A stretch of 64,000 bases of DNA from Phoronis australis (lineage: Eukaryota; Animalia; Phoronida): positions 186,001-250,000 of the forward strand of contig NMRA01000089.1 of assembly GCA_002633005.1 (NCBI GenBank), read 5' to 3'. Every line of letters starts with the position of its first letter. Position 1 is the first letter of the stretch. The position numbers were made by a program, and so were the translations under genes. The notes under the pieces were generated by a model, which saw nothing but the letters and a program-made list of their open reading frames with translations, had not been told where the DNA came from and did no database searches. Positions 13,409-26,085 of this stretch are shown piece by piece.

Positions 13409-14147
13409 CTTTCTCACAAGTTTCTCCTTCGAAGTCTGTTTTGCTACAGTCACAAGTGGCCGACTCATCTGTGCTAACACATAGTCCACCATTTTTACAC
13501 GGGTTGCCCTCCTCACATTGATCCATGTCAGTTAGGCGTATCCCATCTGAACTGATCAGCTGTTCACGCGTCTCTGCCTGGCCACAATGCTTAAACATCA
13601 GATTGCGTACAGACCCTCTAAACCTTGGTTCAAATAACACAGACGGCAGCGAAAGAGATGAGAGCTTTGTCAAGAAGCTGACGGGGAGACCACCGATGAA
13701 AACGTTGCTGTTTCTGCTATAGCTTCCAAAATTCAAGTCTTTTCCACGAATTCTCTTAGTCTGAGTTAATTTGTCCACAATAAGAATCGTCTCATGTACA
13801 TTTCTTTTAATCTCCACACTGTGCCATTTATCGTCGTCAAGACTTTGACCTGCAGTTAAGGTAAACACGCCTTCTCCGAGACTGGCTCGTAGACGGAGAG
13901 CCCCGCCAATGATGTTCAGCTCAAAAAAGTCAAACCTACCACCATCGTCAGTGTAGAAAATAATACCATTGGGTAAAGATGTCTTAAACTCAAAGGCAAC
14001 AGACCCGTTCTGACAGGGATCCCATCGGGGATATTGTGCATAGGAAGTCTTGGACCCCTCAAATGTCAACGTTTCAGTTCTTGCTACAAACACAACAGTC
14101 ATTATGATCAGCACCACACTGTGCTGGTCCCCTCGTTCCACCTTCAT
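13409..14147 (-). CDS. NRXN: alpha-neurexin first coding exon: signal peptide, LNS (laminin G) domain 1, EGF-like domain 1
   Basis: ORF 13356..14147 has a hydrophobic N-terminus (VVLIIMTVVFVA), LamG motifs (FEFKT..NGIIFYTDDGGRFDFFEL, DDDKWHSVEIKR, VFIGGLP, FEPRFRGSVRNL) and an EGF repeat (CEEGNPCKNGGLCVSTDESATCDCSKTDFEGETCEK), as in neurexin LNS1-EGF1. The donor AAG|GTAATA after 13409 is phase 1 and joins in frame to the exon at 5188. Confidence 0.95.
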
Positions 14148-14632
14148 CTCTCTGGAAGGTTAATCACATCTGTAAAGAGACATCACCAATTAATCAGTGT
14201 TCATCATAGAGTGACTACACTCTGGTAGTCGCAATTGGTCAGTGTCCATCATAGTGACTGCAGGTAGTCACAGCTGGACCCTCTGTCTATGGTGTTTTCA
14301 CATCAGTTGATGACGTCAACCACTCTAGACACTTGCTCAAGTCCTCTATATCTAAAACTTACACCAATATATAGAGCAGCCAGCGAGGGATGATAATGCT
14401 TTGTGTTTTAGGAAAGCAGTTGCCCTTCCATTACCTCCATATAATTGCTTTCTTAGTGTTATATACTGCAGCTTGGTTTTGAAGATCCTTCATAAAATCG
14501 TAATTGCAGTTTTATTCCAAGTGCAATATATAGGACCTCTTTAAGGTTATCTCCAACCTTATTTAGTGGCCTCTATTCTAACTCGTACATCAAAAAAACT
14601 AAGCTTTGTCAACTAGTAAAAGTATATATTTT
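14148..14632 (-). other. NRXN: 5'UTR part of the first coding exon of neurexin (probable acceptor at 14633; alternative acceptor at 14170)
   Basis: Strong acceptor (ccctaatc, long T/C tract, ctttcAG, with a CTAAT branch-like motif) at 14633-14653. A second good acceptor, tgtctctttacAG, lies at 14170-14182. Confidence 0.55.
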
Positions 14633-14734
14633 CTGAAAGAAAAAAGATTAGGGAATATGAAAATACTTTTTGTATTAATGTACCATTATTATTTTTATGT
14701 AAAACCCTTTTTAAGTCAAAATTTCATTTTTATG

Positions 14735-15257
14735 AAAGGTACAATCATAGCAAAATAACCCCTCAGTCGATTTTGATAAACCTTTTTAAAGGAAAACTTT
14801 ACCAGATATCTCAAAAACGCTGTTAGGAATTATCAATTAGTCTTGTCGTTTGGTTTCTATGACAAATCAACTCGTAAAACGTAAGGTATCTTTGTAAAAA
14901 ATGGAAGTCGTATTGATTTGTCTTTGTTACATTACGCAAAAAAATAGGCCTTTATATCGAAAATCCTAACAGCGTTTTTGAGAATGATGACTGAATATTA
15001 AATTTGTAATTTAAGTTTCAGCGAAATCCACTGAGCCATTTTGGAGAACTCGTGTTCCTAAGATCAAATAAAGTCGATTTTCTGAAGCCAAGAAAAAGCC
15101 TATTAAACTAGGACAAGTGAAAATCTCAAAGACTTTGGTTAATTATTCAGTGAAAACCTGTTGTTGGTACACATAACCTATACAAGCCATAAATATGTTC
15201 GCTATTTCAACATTCACTCGTAATGTCAACTGATTTTGCACTGCGTAATTAACTTTA
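14735..15257. mobile_element. putative non-autonomous DNA element with internal inverted repeat
   Basis: tctcaaaaacgctgttagga (~14809-14828) is mirrored by tcctaacagcgtttttgaga (~14964-14983). The aaaggt../..actttaa ends resemble Kolobok-type termini. Boundaries are uncertain. Confidence 0.35.
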
Positions 15258-16346
15258 ATTATCATTAAAACCTGGGAGTAATGATATTGGTCCTAGATTA
15301 AAACGCATCATTCCCAGCTCTTACTATTGTTTGTGACCTTTTGACCTATTTTAATATAAAGAGGTCACAGTTCATTGTTATACACATAGCCTGTACATGT
15401 CACTTGCTGGGAGACTGATATGAAACCAAGTAAGAAATGGATAACAAAAATAGAATCGGTGGTTAAAGCATGTTGTTAGCATAAGATCGAAACAATGAAA
15501 TGTCAATTTATTAATTGAATGAAGGAATTAGGGTGAGGATTTATCTCTTTTCGCAACTTTCTGTGTTTGTGACCACAGAGGCCTGAGGCGACTAGCATTC
15601 GTTCTTAACGCCTACGGTCATATGCACAGCTCCCTTAGGATCAAAACTAAGTTTTGTCTTTGTTTTCCCCCCGGCATCATTCTACCATAAGTACACCTTG
15701 TTGACTCAATGTCGTGGCCATTTTGTGAATGAAAGGACTGAGGGGATACAAAGGTATTCTGTATCTGGCGGGAGATTCGATTTGATTGAAAGCCCTTTAA
15801 CCTTTGACCTAGGATAAGTAGTAAACAAATATCCAAGCGGTTGTGCAGTTCCAAGGTGGGTCTGTTAATTCTATTTTATCACTACATAGTATATTTTGTA
15901 TTTTAAGTTCCCCGAGAATGAAGGTAAGGTATTTTTCTAGACACATGAAATATTGCCGGCAAAAATGGAATTTTTTTGTGAATAAGGTTGGAGATAACCT
16001 TAACAGAGACTGTTATGATATCAGCTTATTTGAAGACTCAGTAGAGAACAAAAATGTCTGCCATCACTCTGAAGCCATATTTACATGGGAGACAGTTGCC
16101 AAGGAGCAACTAAAATGAAACAGCTGATTGGGCACAACCGAAACGGAGCAACTTGACAACAAGTCGGGCATTACTCAGACAAGTTTTACTCTATCAGTAA
16201 TTGTTCCAGTGTTAGTTACACATCTAAACACAAACTGGGGCAAGATGGAAGGGACCATCTCTGTTACGCTTGGGCAATAACATGTCATAGGAATAATCCA
16301 TTGGCATATTACACGTGCTTTGGGCGTTCGCTAATTATTTACGCAA

Positions 16347-16480
16347 GCATGCGCAGACAGTCTTCATGTAAATGACTTCTGCTGATCCAGTTTGTCATTT
16401 GTCATGTAAATTCGACTTAAATGGAGCAAGACGCGCCATGACAACTCACACCATGACAACAGTTCCAGGTGTAAAAACAG
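16347..16480 (-). repeat. dispersed ~130-bp repeat, copy 1 (inverted partner at 23831-23956)
   Basis: gcatgcgcagacagtcttcatgtaaatgact...cgccatgacaactcacaccatgacaacagttccaggtgtaaaaacag aligns with the reverse complement of 23831-23956. Confidence 0.8.
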
Positions 16481-17033
16481 CTTATCACTTTGTGTGTACT
16501 CCTCAACAGATCATTAGACATCTATTGCAACAGTGATCATGAGCCATCAGACCAACTGCAAAAAAATGTCACAGCCAGACAGGTGTATGAACTAAAACAG
16601 TTAGATAAGCTGCAGTATTTTTAATGTTTATTAAAAAAAAATAAAAATGTACATTAAGAGTAAATGCCAGGAAACGCTAGAAAGTATTATTTATGCTCGG
16701 AATATGTCCCGAAAATAATAGGTGCGTCGCAAGCTCCGTTTCCAGAGATACAAAGGAGACCGTGTATAGGCGATATAAGGTCATTTATTATGACTGATAA
16801 GGTACAGAAATATGAGTGTACAAATAACATAAAGATAAAATAATAATCTCTGGAAAGATGGGCAATAAAAAGCGCCANTTCTTAAGTGGTGTTGTAAATA
16901 AATTGATTCTAACTGCTACCTTAAGAAATGGCAGTGATTACCTGGTCTCAACAACACCTTTAATCCTCTGATCTATTGCCTGTATTAACATGGCTCCATG
17001 AAGTTATTTAATCAGATGTTGAGTGTATCATAC

Positions 17034-17049
17034 CTGGTATTGTCAAAAC
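17034..17049 (-). other. candidate non-coding 16-nt 5'UTR exon of neurexin (alternative donor would extend it to 16942)
   Basis: Minus strand reads ggtttctttctgtatttgcAG|GTTTTGACAATACCAG|GTATGA. A second donor CAG|GTAATC follows position 16942. Confidence 0.45.
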
Positions 17050-17955
17050 CTGCAAATACAGAAAGAAACCATGTGAACCACAGGCAGAAAGACTTCAACA
17101 AGAAAACATGAAAACATATCAGCATAAACACTATAACTTAAGTTACTGAAAACATTACATTCTAATGAATTGTGGCAAGCTAGATGCATGCTTCACTTTT
17201 TTCTTCAGAACTAGCTCACTTTGACTCACACCTTCAAAGCATGAAAGATGCTACAAGTAGGTCCACCAGTACTAAATGAAAAACATGTCAGAAGAACAAA
17301 GCAGCGAGGGAGAAAACCCCGCGTATGCACGGACTTGTTAAAAAATGAGATCAGTTTTTGAGAACATTTCTGGCCGTAAGATCCAAACTTGAGTCGTGGA
17401 CAGAGACAAAAAAACAACATTACATTCTAACATAAAACTTTATTTTTCTTGTTTACAAATAACCCTCAATGTAAAACAAATTTTACAAAACTATAAGCTT
17501 TCTTAACTTTCCGTTATTTTGTTAATAAAAGTATACATCAGTAGATGATTACTATAATGACTTTCCACTAATACACTCCTTCTTTCTGAAAACATATATT
17601 GATATTGTGATTAGCACATTTAATTGGTCTATATCGATGTGCGCCCACTGTACCCATCACAAATGGCAAAGATGTAAGGGTTGCTCATTTCTCATAAAAT
17701 TTCCACACACTAGAGGGAGCAAATTAAAATTGAATCTACAACAGAGGAGCATCTGAGTATAAGCTTAATTGTTAGATGAACCTTAAAGATCAGACTTAGA
17801 GAGTGAAGTTATCCTAGTATTATGTGTGAGTCATTGCAAGAGGGAGCTTCGAAAACATTATGGAGGTGTAATTTGCTAAATTTGAAGCATCGGATGTGCG
17901 GTCATACAACAAATGAAATGAAGTACTCAAGTTGTCAGAATGGTGATAATCTGAA

Positions 17956-19078
17956 AACAAGAGCAACCCAGAGCGTTGAAATGGGCCCACAACTGCATTG
18001 CACACAGTGTGCTTCGAGGGGGTGTATTTAGTATTATAAAAATGGCCATTAGATGGCACCCATGCAAAATATGCACTGGGAGGCACCACAGTAGTCGACC
18101 GCCACTCAAAAATTATGGTCAGCTGTCTTCTTCTAGTAAGAACATATATCATGACAATTTCATAATAATCCTAAGAGTGGTTTTGCTAAAAACAAATATA
18201 ATAAAAACAGCCACTACGTAGCGGGCAGTCTGCATCAACAGAAATATGTCATAGCTTAACTCTAAAGATACCAAAGAAGACACAAAAAATTAACAAAGCT
18301 CCTGCAGAGGGTTAAGGAGATACAGCTACAGACACAAAAAACTGCCACTAGGAGGAACTACCATAGATGGAACTTTCTGAAGATCATTGTAAGTCAACCT
18401 TTCCTCAATAGGAAGACACATGTCAATTTTCATAATCATCCTTACAGTGACTTGGCGAATAAAGAGGCTCATGGAATAAAACAATATCAAAAACAGTAAA
18501 CATGGCAGCTAGGTGATGTAAAATAATTCAGATCCCTCTGAAAATGGAAACATGTCATCATTTCTTTAATTGAAACCTAGATACCAAATTCCATAAAAAG
18601 CCGTCCAGGGACTCCAAGCAAACAAAGGAAAACAAAAAAATTAAATTGCCACCAGAGGCCACAGTATTCGTTAGATCCGTCAGAAAGTCACCGTCATCCG
18701 TTGTCAATTTCATATAAATACACTTGCTAAATTTAAGATCCTGCAGCGGCTTTAGGAAATACAGCAAAGAGCAACAAAACTGCCACTAGAAGGTGCCACA
18801 GTTGTCAAAGTCGTTTGAAAATCATCGTCAACTGCCCTCTTCCCACTATGAACATAACGGTATGTCAATTTTCACAATCATCCTTAGAGTGGCTTGGTAG
18901 ATAGACAGGCAGGTGTCAAAAAACAGGCTCTAGAACAGTAAAAATGGCCACTAGTTGGCACAAAATGCCTAGAATCCACTCCAAAACGGGAGGATAGCGT
19001 AATCTCACTAATAGATGCCTATATGAGAAATTTCATGACTATCCATCAAGGACATATAAATATGTGGGCCCATAAAAA
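17956..19078 (+). mobile_element. Helentron-associated (HINE/DINE/pearl-like) non-autonomous element, copy A, with internal ~140-bp CTCF-motif-bearing subrepeats
   Basis: Starts aacaagagcaac..gagcgttgaaatgggcccac and ends acatataaatatgtgggcccataaaaa. These ends are shared with copies B and C. Internal units contain gccactagNNggcRc. Confidence 0.75.
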
Positions 19079-21489
19079 CATTATCCAATCGTACCCTAAT
19101 TATTATCAGTGACAACGTCTAATAACTGCAATGACCCCGGAGTTAACCATTTATACCAAGTCAAAGTGTTATACATCCACCTATTTACTGCAAAGTTAAC
19201 TTGAGCCATTAATTTCGATCCACTATTGAAGTTAAGTGTTCATAACCCACTGACAATGCCTTGTTAATTTTGGTATGGAAGGCCTAATTGAACATGAGCA
19301 TTTACCTAATAGAGACATAATGGACATTTTTAGAAATACTGCAGTGAAAACTGAAATTACCACTGCAGCAGTCCACACAATAACTGATCACAGTCATGGT
19401 CACCTTTCAATCCTTATCTCAAAAGGTTAATCTGGTTCAAATCTTGAAAATACACACCAAATTAAGTAATACGTAACATGATATAATGTTATACCCATTT
19501 CCTGTTATCAAACTAAAAGTCTTTTGGAACAAACTGTGCCTCGGTCAAGATCAGAAAAGCATTGACTCTTCCCATCTATTTCTGTGACCCGAGTTCAGAG
19601 TTCATTGTGCTTCTGTTAAGGAGTTGTTTGGTTCTTTTTGATTCTCATTTTGGTTCTTATCATACAAATATGATTGTCTATTGTCCAAATTTTATCTGTT
19701 CTTTGCAAATGACAAGTGGTATTTAATGTAATCATACGTTTAAATAGTGAATACGTCGCATAACGAGCCCGTTGTGAACACTACTGAGGTGTCCTAACCC
19801 ATTGGGAGGGTATGGCAAATTTCAGCAACAGTACCCATTCTGGTAATTAATTAGAGGAAAAAACTTTCTAGACCCGTCTGGCATATATCTTTTCTTCATT
19901 GCCATATCATGAACTGATGCAAAGTACCATTAGTTGTCGTGTGATTACTGTTAGCGCTTTTCTCGACTGCACGGCACGGCTTTACTGGCCCTTAAAAATG
20001 TGAAGTCGAAAGGAAAATATTTCATACACCAATGGTTCAACAAACAAAAACAATTTTTATCTCAAAACAGTGCGCTCTACACCTGAATTGCAATGATTTT
20101 TGCTGCCTGGACACGCCACCCGATGAAGTTTTCCCGGCAGTTGCCCAATGTGTCGCTATGCCGAGAAAACAATCATATGCTAATTGACTTAATTTTCAAT
20201 TATTAGACAAAACATATTTTAAAACATGACAAAAATTTGCAATAGATACCNGCATGACACAGTTAGTTTTTACTCTCTTCCTCACACGCACTTCATCTAT
20301 TGAAGACCAGAGAGCTAATTGATGAATTCATCATGTGCTGTTCAGCAGTCGGTGTCCCCAGATGGCAGGGCTCTGGTAGCTAGTACAAATGATTCAGGCT
20401 CAATGAAAATTCTTCCTTTTACCTTAAACTCATGTATATTATACTATTTGGCAACATAACAAATTTTCTTTTTCGGCAATAGTTGGTATTATATAAGAAA
20501 TAAGTTTTTGCTCATTGTTGGCCATCGGCCGCCTAACAGAAACGCCAGAGACCACCGGTATCAGAGTTGTTACTTTCAATATTATTACAAGTATTCAGAA
20601 TATTCTAACTGTGTAGCGATCTCACTTTATTATTCTGATATTGCATGTTTGCTGTTATGTTTATACCGTCAGTTTACCAGAGTCAACTCACTCCCTGTAA
20701 AACATGCTTAGCCCAGTCGAATAGACGGCCTTATTATATTCAGTAGTTCCTTAATGAATCCCATTTCCGACTTAGCACCAAATCTAAAATGGCAGAGTAT
20801 CACTCCGCTGCAGTTCGCGAAATTAGTGAGGATTTTTATGAATTTTTCGCTTACGGATTTCGTTAAGATTAACCTGTAGGTATGGCTTCACCATATGTTC
20901 TAAGCATCTAATAAGGGTTAAAACATGTGCTACTAGGTCTGTAATAAGAAAATCAATTGCCATGACAATCCAAGGGGTTTGAGAGGTAGAGAACTGAATA
21001 TCAAGTAACATTGCCATTAGAGGGAACACCACAAGTGGGAACTGGGCAACCTGTCAGCTCTATCCAGCATGTAACATTATCTGCCAAAATTTCATTAAGA
21101 TCCTTCATTAAAGCTGGAAGACAGGCCAACACAAACAACTGGAACTACCACAGGGGAGCAACTGAAACTTTAAAAATCACCACCTTTCAGCCAATAGGAA
21201 AACCTGTGAGTCGAATATCGTAAATATTCTTCAAACCGTTTGGCAAAAAGAACGATGAAGCCAAAAATCGGAAACAAATTACTAAACGGCCAATAGGGGG
21301 CCACACAACTTACCGGAACCATGCGAAAATGGGTAGGTGCTGTTTATCTAAAGAAATGTCAAATTTCATCAAGTTCTANCCAAGGGGCTTGGTAGCTTCA
21401 CAAATTGAGGTAGATGGAAAAAAATTAATTGCTACAAGGGGGCACAGCTGCTGTCAGATCCATTCATAAGTCAATGTAAGCCATGCTTT

Positions 21490-22725
21490 TAATAATAACA
21501 ATAATAATAAACTTTTATTTATAGAGGATAAAATACAATTAATTTTAATAACATGGTTTAGCCAAAGGCTAATATATAGCATGGTCCACTTACAGCAATA
21601 AATTATATTAAATTAATTAAAAAAGATTAATTTAAGTTACATTAAATTAAATTAAATGAATATTTTGAAAATTAAATTTACAAATTGAATTAAAAATAAA
21701 TTAAAGCTTTTACATGGTATACTATGAAATGACTGAAAACAAAGGGAGGGACAGCTATGATCACCACAACCACAGGTAACTGATGAGTTTGTGTCTAAAG
21801 GGCTTTTCATACTAACGTCAATGCGTCGATGGTTTGGGGAGTTGCAGTCAGTATGAACACTCAACTCTGGTCCTAGATCGCAGTTAACAGCTCCAGTTCA
21901 CATCGCAGTTAACAGGTGGATTTAACAGAGCAGCGTCAACACTGCGGTGCAGTATGAACACTTAAATTCAGTCCAATCGAAGTTATCGCCAGGTGCCACT
22001 GTTATCGCCAACAGTTACAGGATAGTGCCGTCACCAATAGCTGCTTATATTTTGCACTAATAATAACCAATTGTAAGAATAAGTTTAATGTCAATTAGCA
22101 CATGTAAATGTTCCCAAATTGTCATATTTAAAAAAATCTCAGTGTGCAGTGCTACCTTTCAATAACTTCGATGACGACAGCGTCACCTCCAAATTACTTT
22201 GATGTCTGTTAACTACCGAAGCCAGTATGAACGGTGCAGTTAACTGTGCTGTTTACGTTGACACTCTGCTTAAACCGGAGTTAAGCCAATATGAAAGGGC
22301 CTTAAGTCGTCATAGCCATCAGCCCTCCTTAAGGCTATTTGGTAGATCATTCCATTGCCAAATGGCTTGAATAAAAAAAGACTTAAGAGTATAACAAGTT
22401 CTATGTCTGGGGACAACAAAATTGTTTGAGGAAGAAAATCTGGTCCTGATTTCACATCACCAGTAGTGGCTGTTTTGAACGAGTAATAAGTTACGAGATA
22501 AATAAGTCGGTAATATTATATGTGAAAACACTTATGCATCACACACAAAAGCCTATATATGGTATAAAATATTTGTCGAGGGAGCCATCCCAGTCTGTTT
22601 AACATATGAGTTGATGGAAAGGCACACCAAGAATAAGTCTGGCCACCTACTTCTGATCCTTCAATAGACAAGGAACCAATTTTTCATTGCATCCTGACCA
22701 TACAGTACCACAATAAATGAAGAGA
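21490..22725 (-). mobile_element. 5'-truncated, decayed CR1/L2-type LINE, 3' end
   Basis: Minus-strand peptide remnants FIYCGTVWSGCNEK, HMLNRLGW and WNDLPNSLK are typical of the RT C-terminal region of L2/CR1-type LINEs. An (aat)n-like tail lies near 21490-21520. It is interrupted by a MITE. Confidence 0.7.
21799..22302. mobile_element. PIF/Harbinger-like MITE nested in the LINE
   Basis: Imperfect TIRs agggcttttcatact / aatatgaaagggcct, flanked by taa on both sides (21796-21798, 22303-22305). Internal cagtatgaac and gcagttaac subrepeats. Confidence 0.65.
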
Positions 22726-23605
22726 AGAAATGCACAGGTGATGAAAGATTTCAGACGCCCTTTTGATAACAGAAACACTGACCAAGCAAATGTAAATGTC
22801 ATGATTTAAATCCTTAAAAGAGCTATTGGTAGATAAAAGAGCAGGCACAAAAATAACACAACTGCTGAATTATAACAGTATTTGAATACCTCTGAAAATC
22901 AACACCAGCCAAGTTTTCACCATATCACTCAATGTTCATGACAACCCTTTGAACCGTTTGGCAGATACAAAGGCAAATTATACCAAAATGACACCAAATA
23001 GGCACTAGTGGACCAGCAGTATCAGTAGCGTGAATCAAACGTCAGCATAATGCAAAATGGCATTATGCAAAACTCAGAGACTAATCAGAGACTATAATCT
23101 GTACATGCTTTATCACTACCCATTCAAGATGTTTGGACTATTGTTCTGATAATGGAAAGGAATGGCTTGTTTCATAAAGAAACTCGTTAACACTATCACC
23201 TTAATGAGTATGGACACTGTGACATGACATGTCATCTGCCAAGCCAAGACTTATGGTTTGCCCAGGGACAGAGTGTGCACTGGCTACTGAGGACGATCTA
23301 TCACAATCAAATATAGTTTTGAAAAAATGTATCAAGAACTCAAAAGATTAGTCACACACTCACAGTGAAAGTTGGAGATACTAAAGTTTCAATAATATTA
23401 TTCTTAATTTCATATGCTTGAAAAGCAATTGACATGAAAGTTTAATTTCATGAACAAGAACAAAGTAGATACATATGTTTTGCCAAGAATGGGCACATTG
23501 CATTCTGGGCAGAATTAAGGAATTATTATAACTACTTCCGTTCCTGTGAAATAAATAGCTTAACAATCTTACAGAAGTTCTACATAACTGAGATTAACCA
23601 TGGAA

Positions 23606-23703
23606 CTATTACACGTGCACACATTGCTATTACACGTGCACACATTGCTATTACACGTGCACACATTGCTATTACACGTGCACACATTGCTATTACATGT
23701 GCA
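23606..23703. repeat. 21-bp minisatellite, ~4.7 copies, the four full copies each with CACGTG
   Basis: Unit ctattacacgtgcacacattg. Confidence 0.95.
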
Positions 23704-23830
23704 TGCTACTTTTGATATAACAGCATAAGATAAAAGAATAAGCTGTGTGTTCAGAAAGATTAGCAAAATTCAATGGATTTTCACAATCTCGAAAACGATT
23801 CAGTTATCAGTGTAAAATACCCATTAAAAT

Positions 23831-23956
23831 CTGTTTTCACACCGGAAACAGTTGTCACAGTGCGAGTTGTCATGGCGACTACACTTTAGATGCATTTACA
23901 CGAGATGGCGAACTGGATAAGCTTGAGTCATTGACATGAAGACTCTCTGCGCATGC
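23831..23956 (+). repeat. dispersed ~130-bp repeat, copy 2, carrying an RFX X-box-like and an NRF1-like motif
   Basis: gttgtcatggcgac at 23866-23879 and tgcgcatgca at 23948-23957. Inverted homologue of 16347-16480. Confidence 0.8.
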
Positions 23957-24670
23957 AACAGTGAACGTCCAAACCACGTGGAATGCCTAGCGTATCAACT
24001 CATATCTATGCTACTACAGTTAGTGTTTAGACGAGTAAATGAAACTAGAGCAGCTGACAGAGTGTGACTTGCTCTACCTCCCAAATCAGTGTCAAAAATG
24101 GCCGTGTTAGTTGCTCCGTGACACCTGTCTCCTGAGTAGATGCGACTATAGACCACCAGAGTATCCCTAAGGAAAGGTATATTTACCTTGGTCATATCAT
24201 AGACACCAATTAACTGGTTATAGAATCAGGGCACAGCGTGCTACAATTACTCTACTCTCCATTGCTCAGGTAGAATTCCACCATAATTAGGAACACAGTG
24301 ACTGTATACCTGCTATTCTCATATTATAATAAAGTCTGTCAACAGCTCCATGCTCTATCAATGAAGGCCGCAGCAGTGAAGCATGAAAAACATCTCAGAT
24401 ATTAACTTCTGGAAATAAGATCTAAAGGCCAGCTGTACGGTAAATAAATGTCCATTTTGAATGGCGGAAGCATGCACTTATGAAACTTGATTTGAGGAGA
24501 CAAGAAGTTACCCCAGTTCTACTAAAATAAAGCTGTATTAGAAAACAACAGTCAATATTATTTCACCAGAAACACAATCACAAGGAACTTTGAATATAAA
24601 TTTACAAGTACAATTGAGTTCATAAAAAACATTTGACTTCCATACGTTTTGCATAAGCAGTTAACCTCAC

Positions 24671-24819
24671 CTGCTATACCAATCATACATACTACTTCAA
24701 GGAGAGAGGAACAGTCTGTTGAAAGCACTAGTCAGTACCAGCCAGGTAATTCTACAACCTCATTATCACAAGCGTGTCCTTCCTCACACAGCTGTCAATC
24801 AACGATTGGCTGTCAATCA
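24671..24819 (-). promoter_or_regulatory. candidate proximal promoter and non-coding first exon for neurexin
   Basis: Two TGATTGACAG decamers on the minus strand (24792-24801, 24810-24819) flank a CCAAT (24805-24809). A strong donor CAG|GTGAGG follows ~120 nt downstream at 24671. Confidence 0.35.
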
Positions 24820-25716
24820 GACTAAGAAAGCTTACAATGAATGATGAATAAGAAACACTGCTGCACATTGTAGGGTCAAAAAATATAAAACAGAAACCAT
24901 TAAGCTGAAGACAAGAATTGTATATTGACATCACAAGTACACAAAAAGTACATTCAAGACCATTAGCTATATTTTTACATTTGTCCCAATTTTAGATAGA
25001 AGTGACCAGCTGAGAAGTGAAAACTTGTTCCTTCTTGTTGCATTTATTGTTTCTCACTCACACACACATCACTGCCCTCGTCACCCAAGCAGCAATATAC
25101 CGTAGGCTCTGTGTGACAATACATGCCGTCAAAATTGACACATATTGTCTCAGGTAACAACACGTCCTACATGACAATATATTCAGTGAACTGCAGCACA
25201 TATTGTCGACCATCCCAATCTCTTAAAACATTAGTCTGCTTTTAAACAAGGGTTTTAGGCATATATATGGATAAAGATTCAAATGAGATTGTAGCAAGTT
25301 AAATGGGGGAAACTGTGATGTGACATTCATGTTAAAATGCTAATTCTTACATTACTTGGTGTACTCACCAAATTTCACACACCAAAACTCTTCAGAAAAA
25401 ATTTGTACCTCACTTATTTCTCACAAGACTACTTGTAAGAAATTTCTAGTCTCGCCTAATTCGCACACAGACAGTTTTGCACTGTGGAAAATGTCAATGC
25501 AATTAGCCCCATCATCAATTCTAGTAATATAAACCCCTTTAACTATTAGTAAGCCCTGAACATTCCCAACTTAATTCATCCTCTAATACAGGATATCACA
25601 CCCTGTTGTTATTTATTTGTCTTTTTCTCTTATTAATATTTGAGACCATATCTACAATGGTATTTTAGTTACTATGTACTTAATTCTCAAATTGTATTGT
25701 ATTGTAATCATGCCTA

Positions 25717-26085
25717 TTGTTTATAATGTATATAACTCTTGTTTGTTTTGTGTTTATGTTTATTGTTTATATTGTATTTATGTATATTGCCTGTATTGTA
25801 TTTATGACTATCGTTTATATTGTATATAACTCGTTTGTATTGTGCTTATGTCTTACCTCTATTGTATTTATGTACATTGCCTGTATTGTATTTATCCCCA
25901 TTGTTTATATTGTATTTATGTATATTGTTTGTATTGTATTCACGTCCATTGTTTATGTTGAATTTATGTCTATTGCTTGTATTGTACTTGTCTGTATTCT
26001 ATTTATTTCTAGTGTTTATACTGTATTGATGTTTATTGTTTGTATTGTACTTGTCTATTGTTTGTATTGTATTGTATTGTTTTCC
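25717..26085. repeat. degenerate ~21-bp TG/TA-rich tandem repeat
   Basis: Units resemble tgtattgtatttatgtatatt. This explains the hydrophobic low-complexity ORFs 25717..26127 and 25820..26029. Confidence 0.85.
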
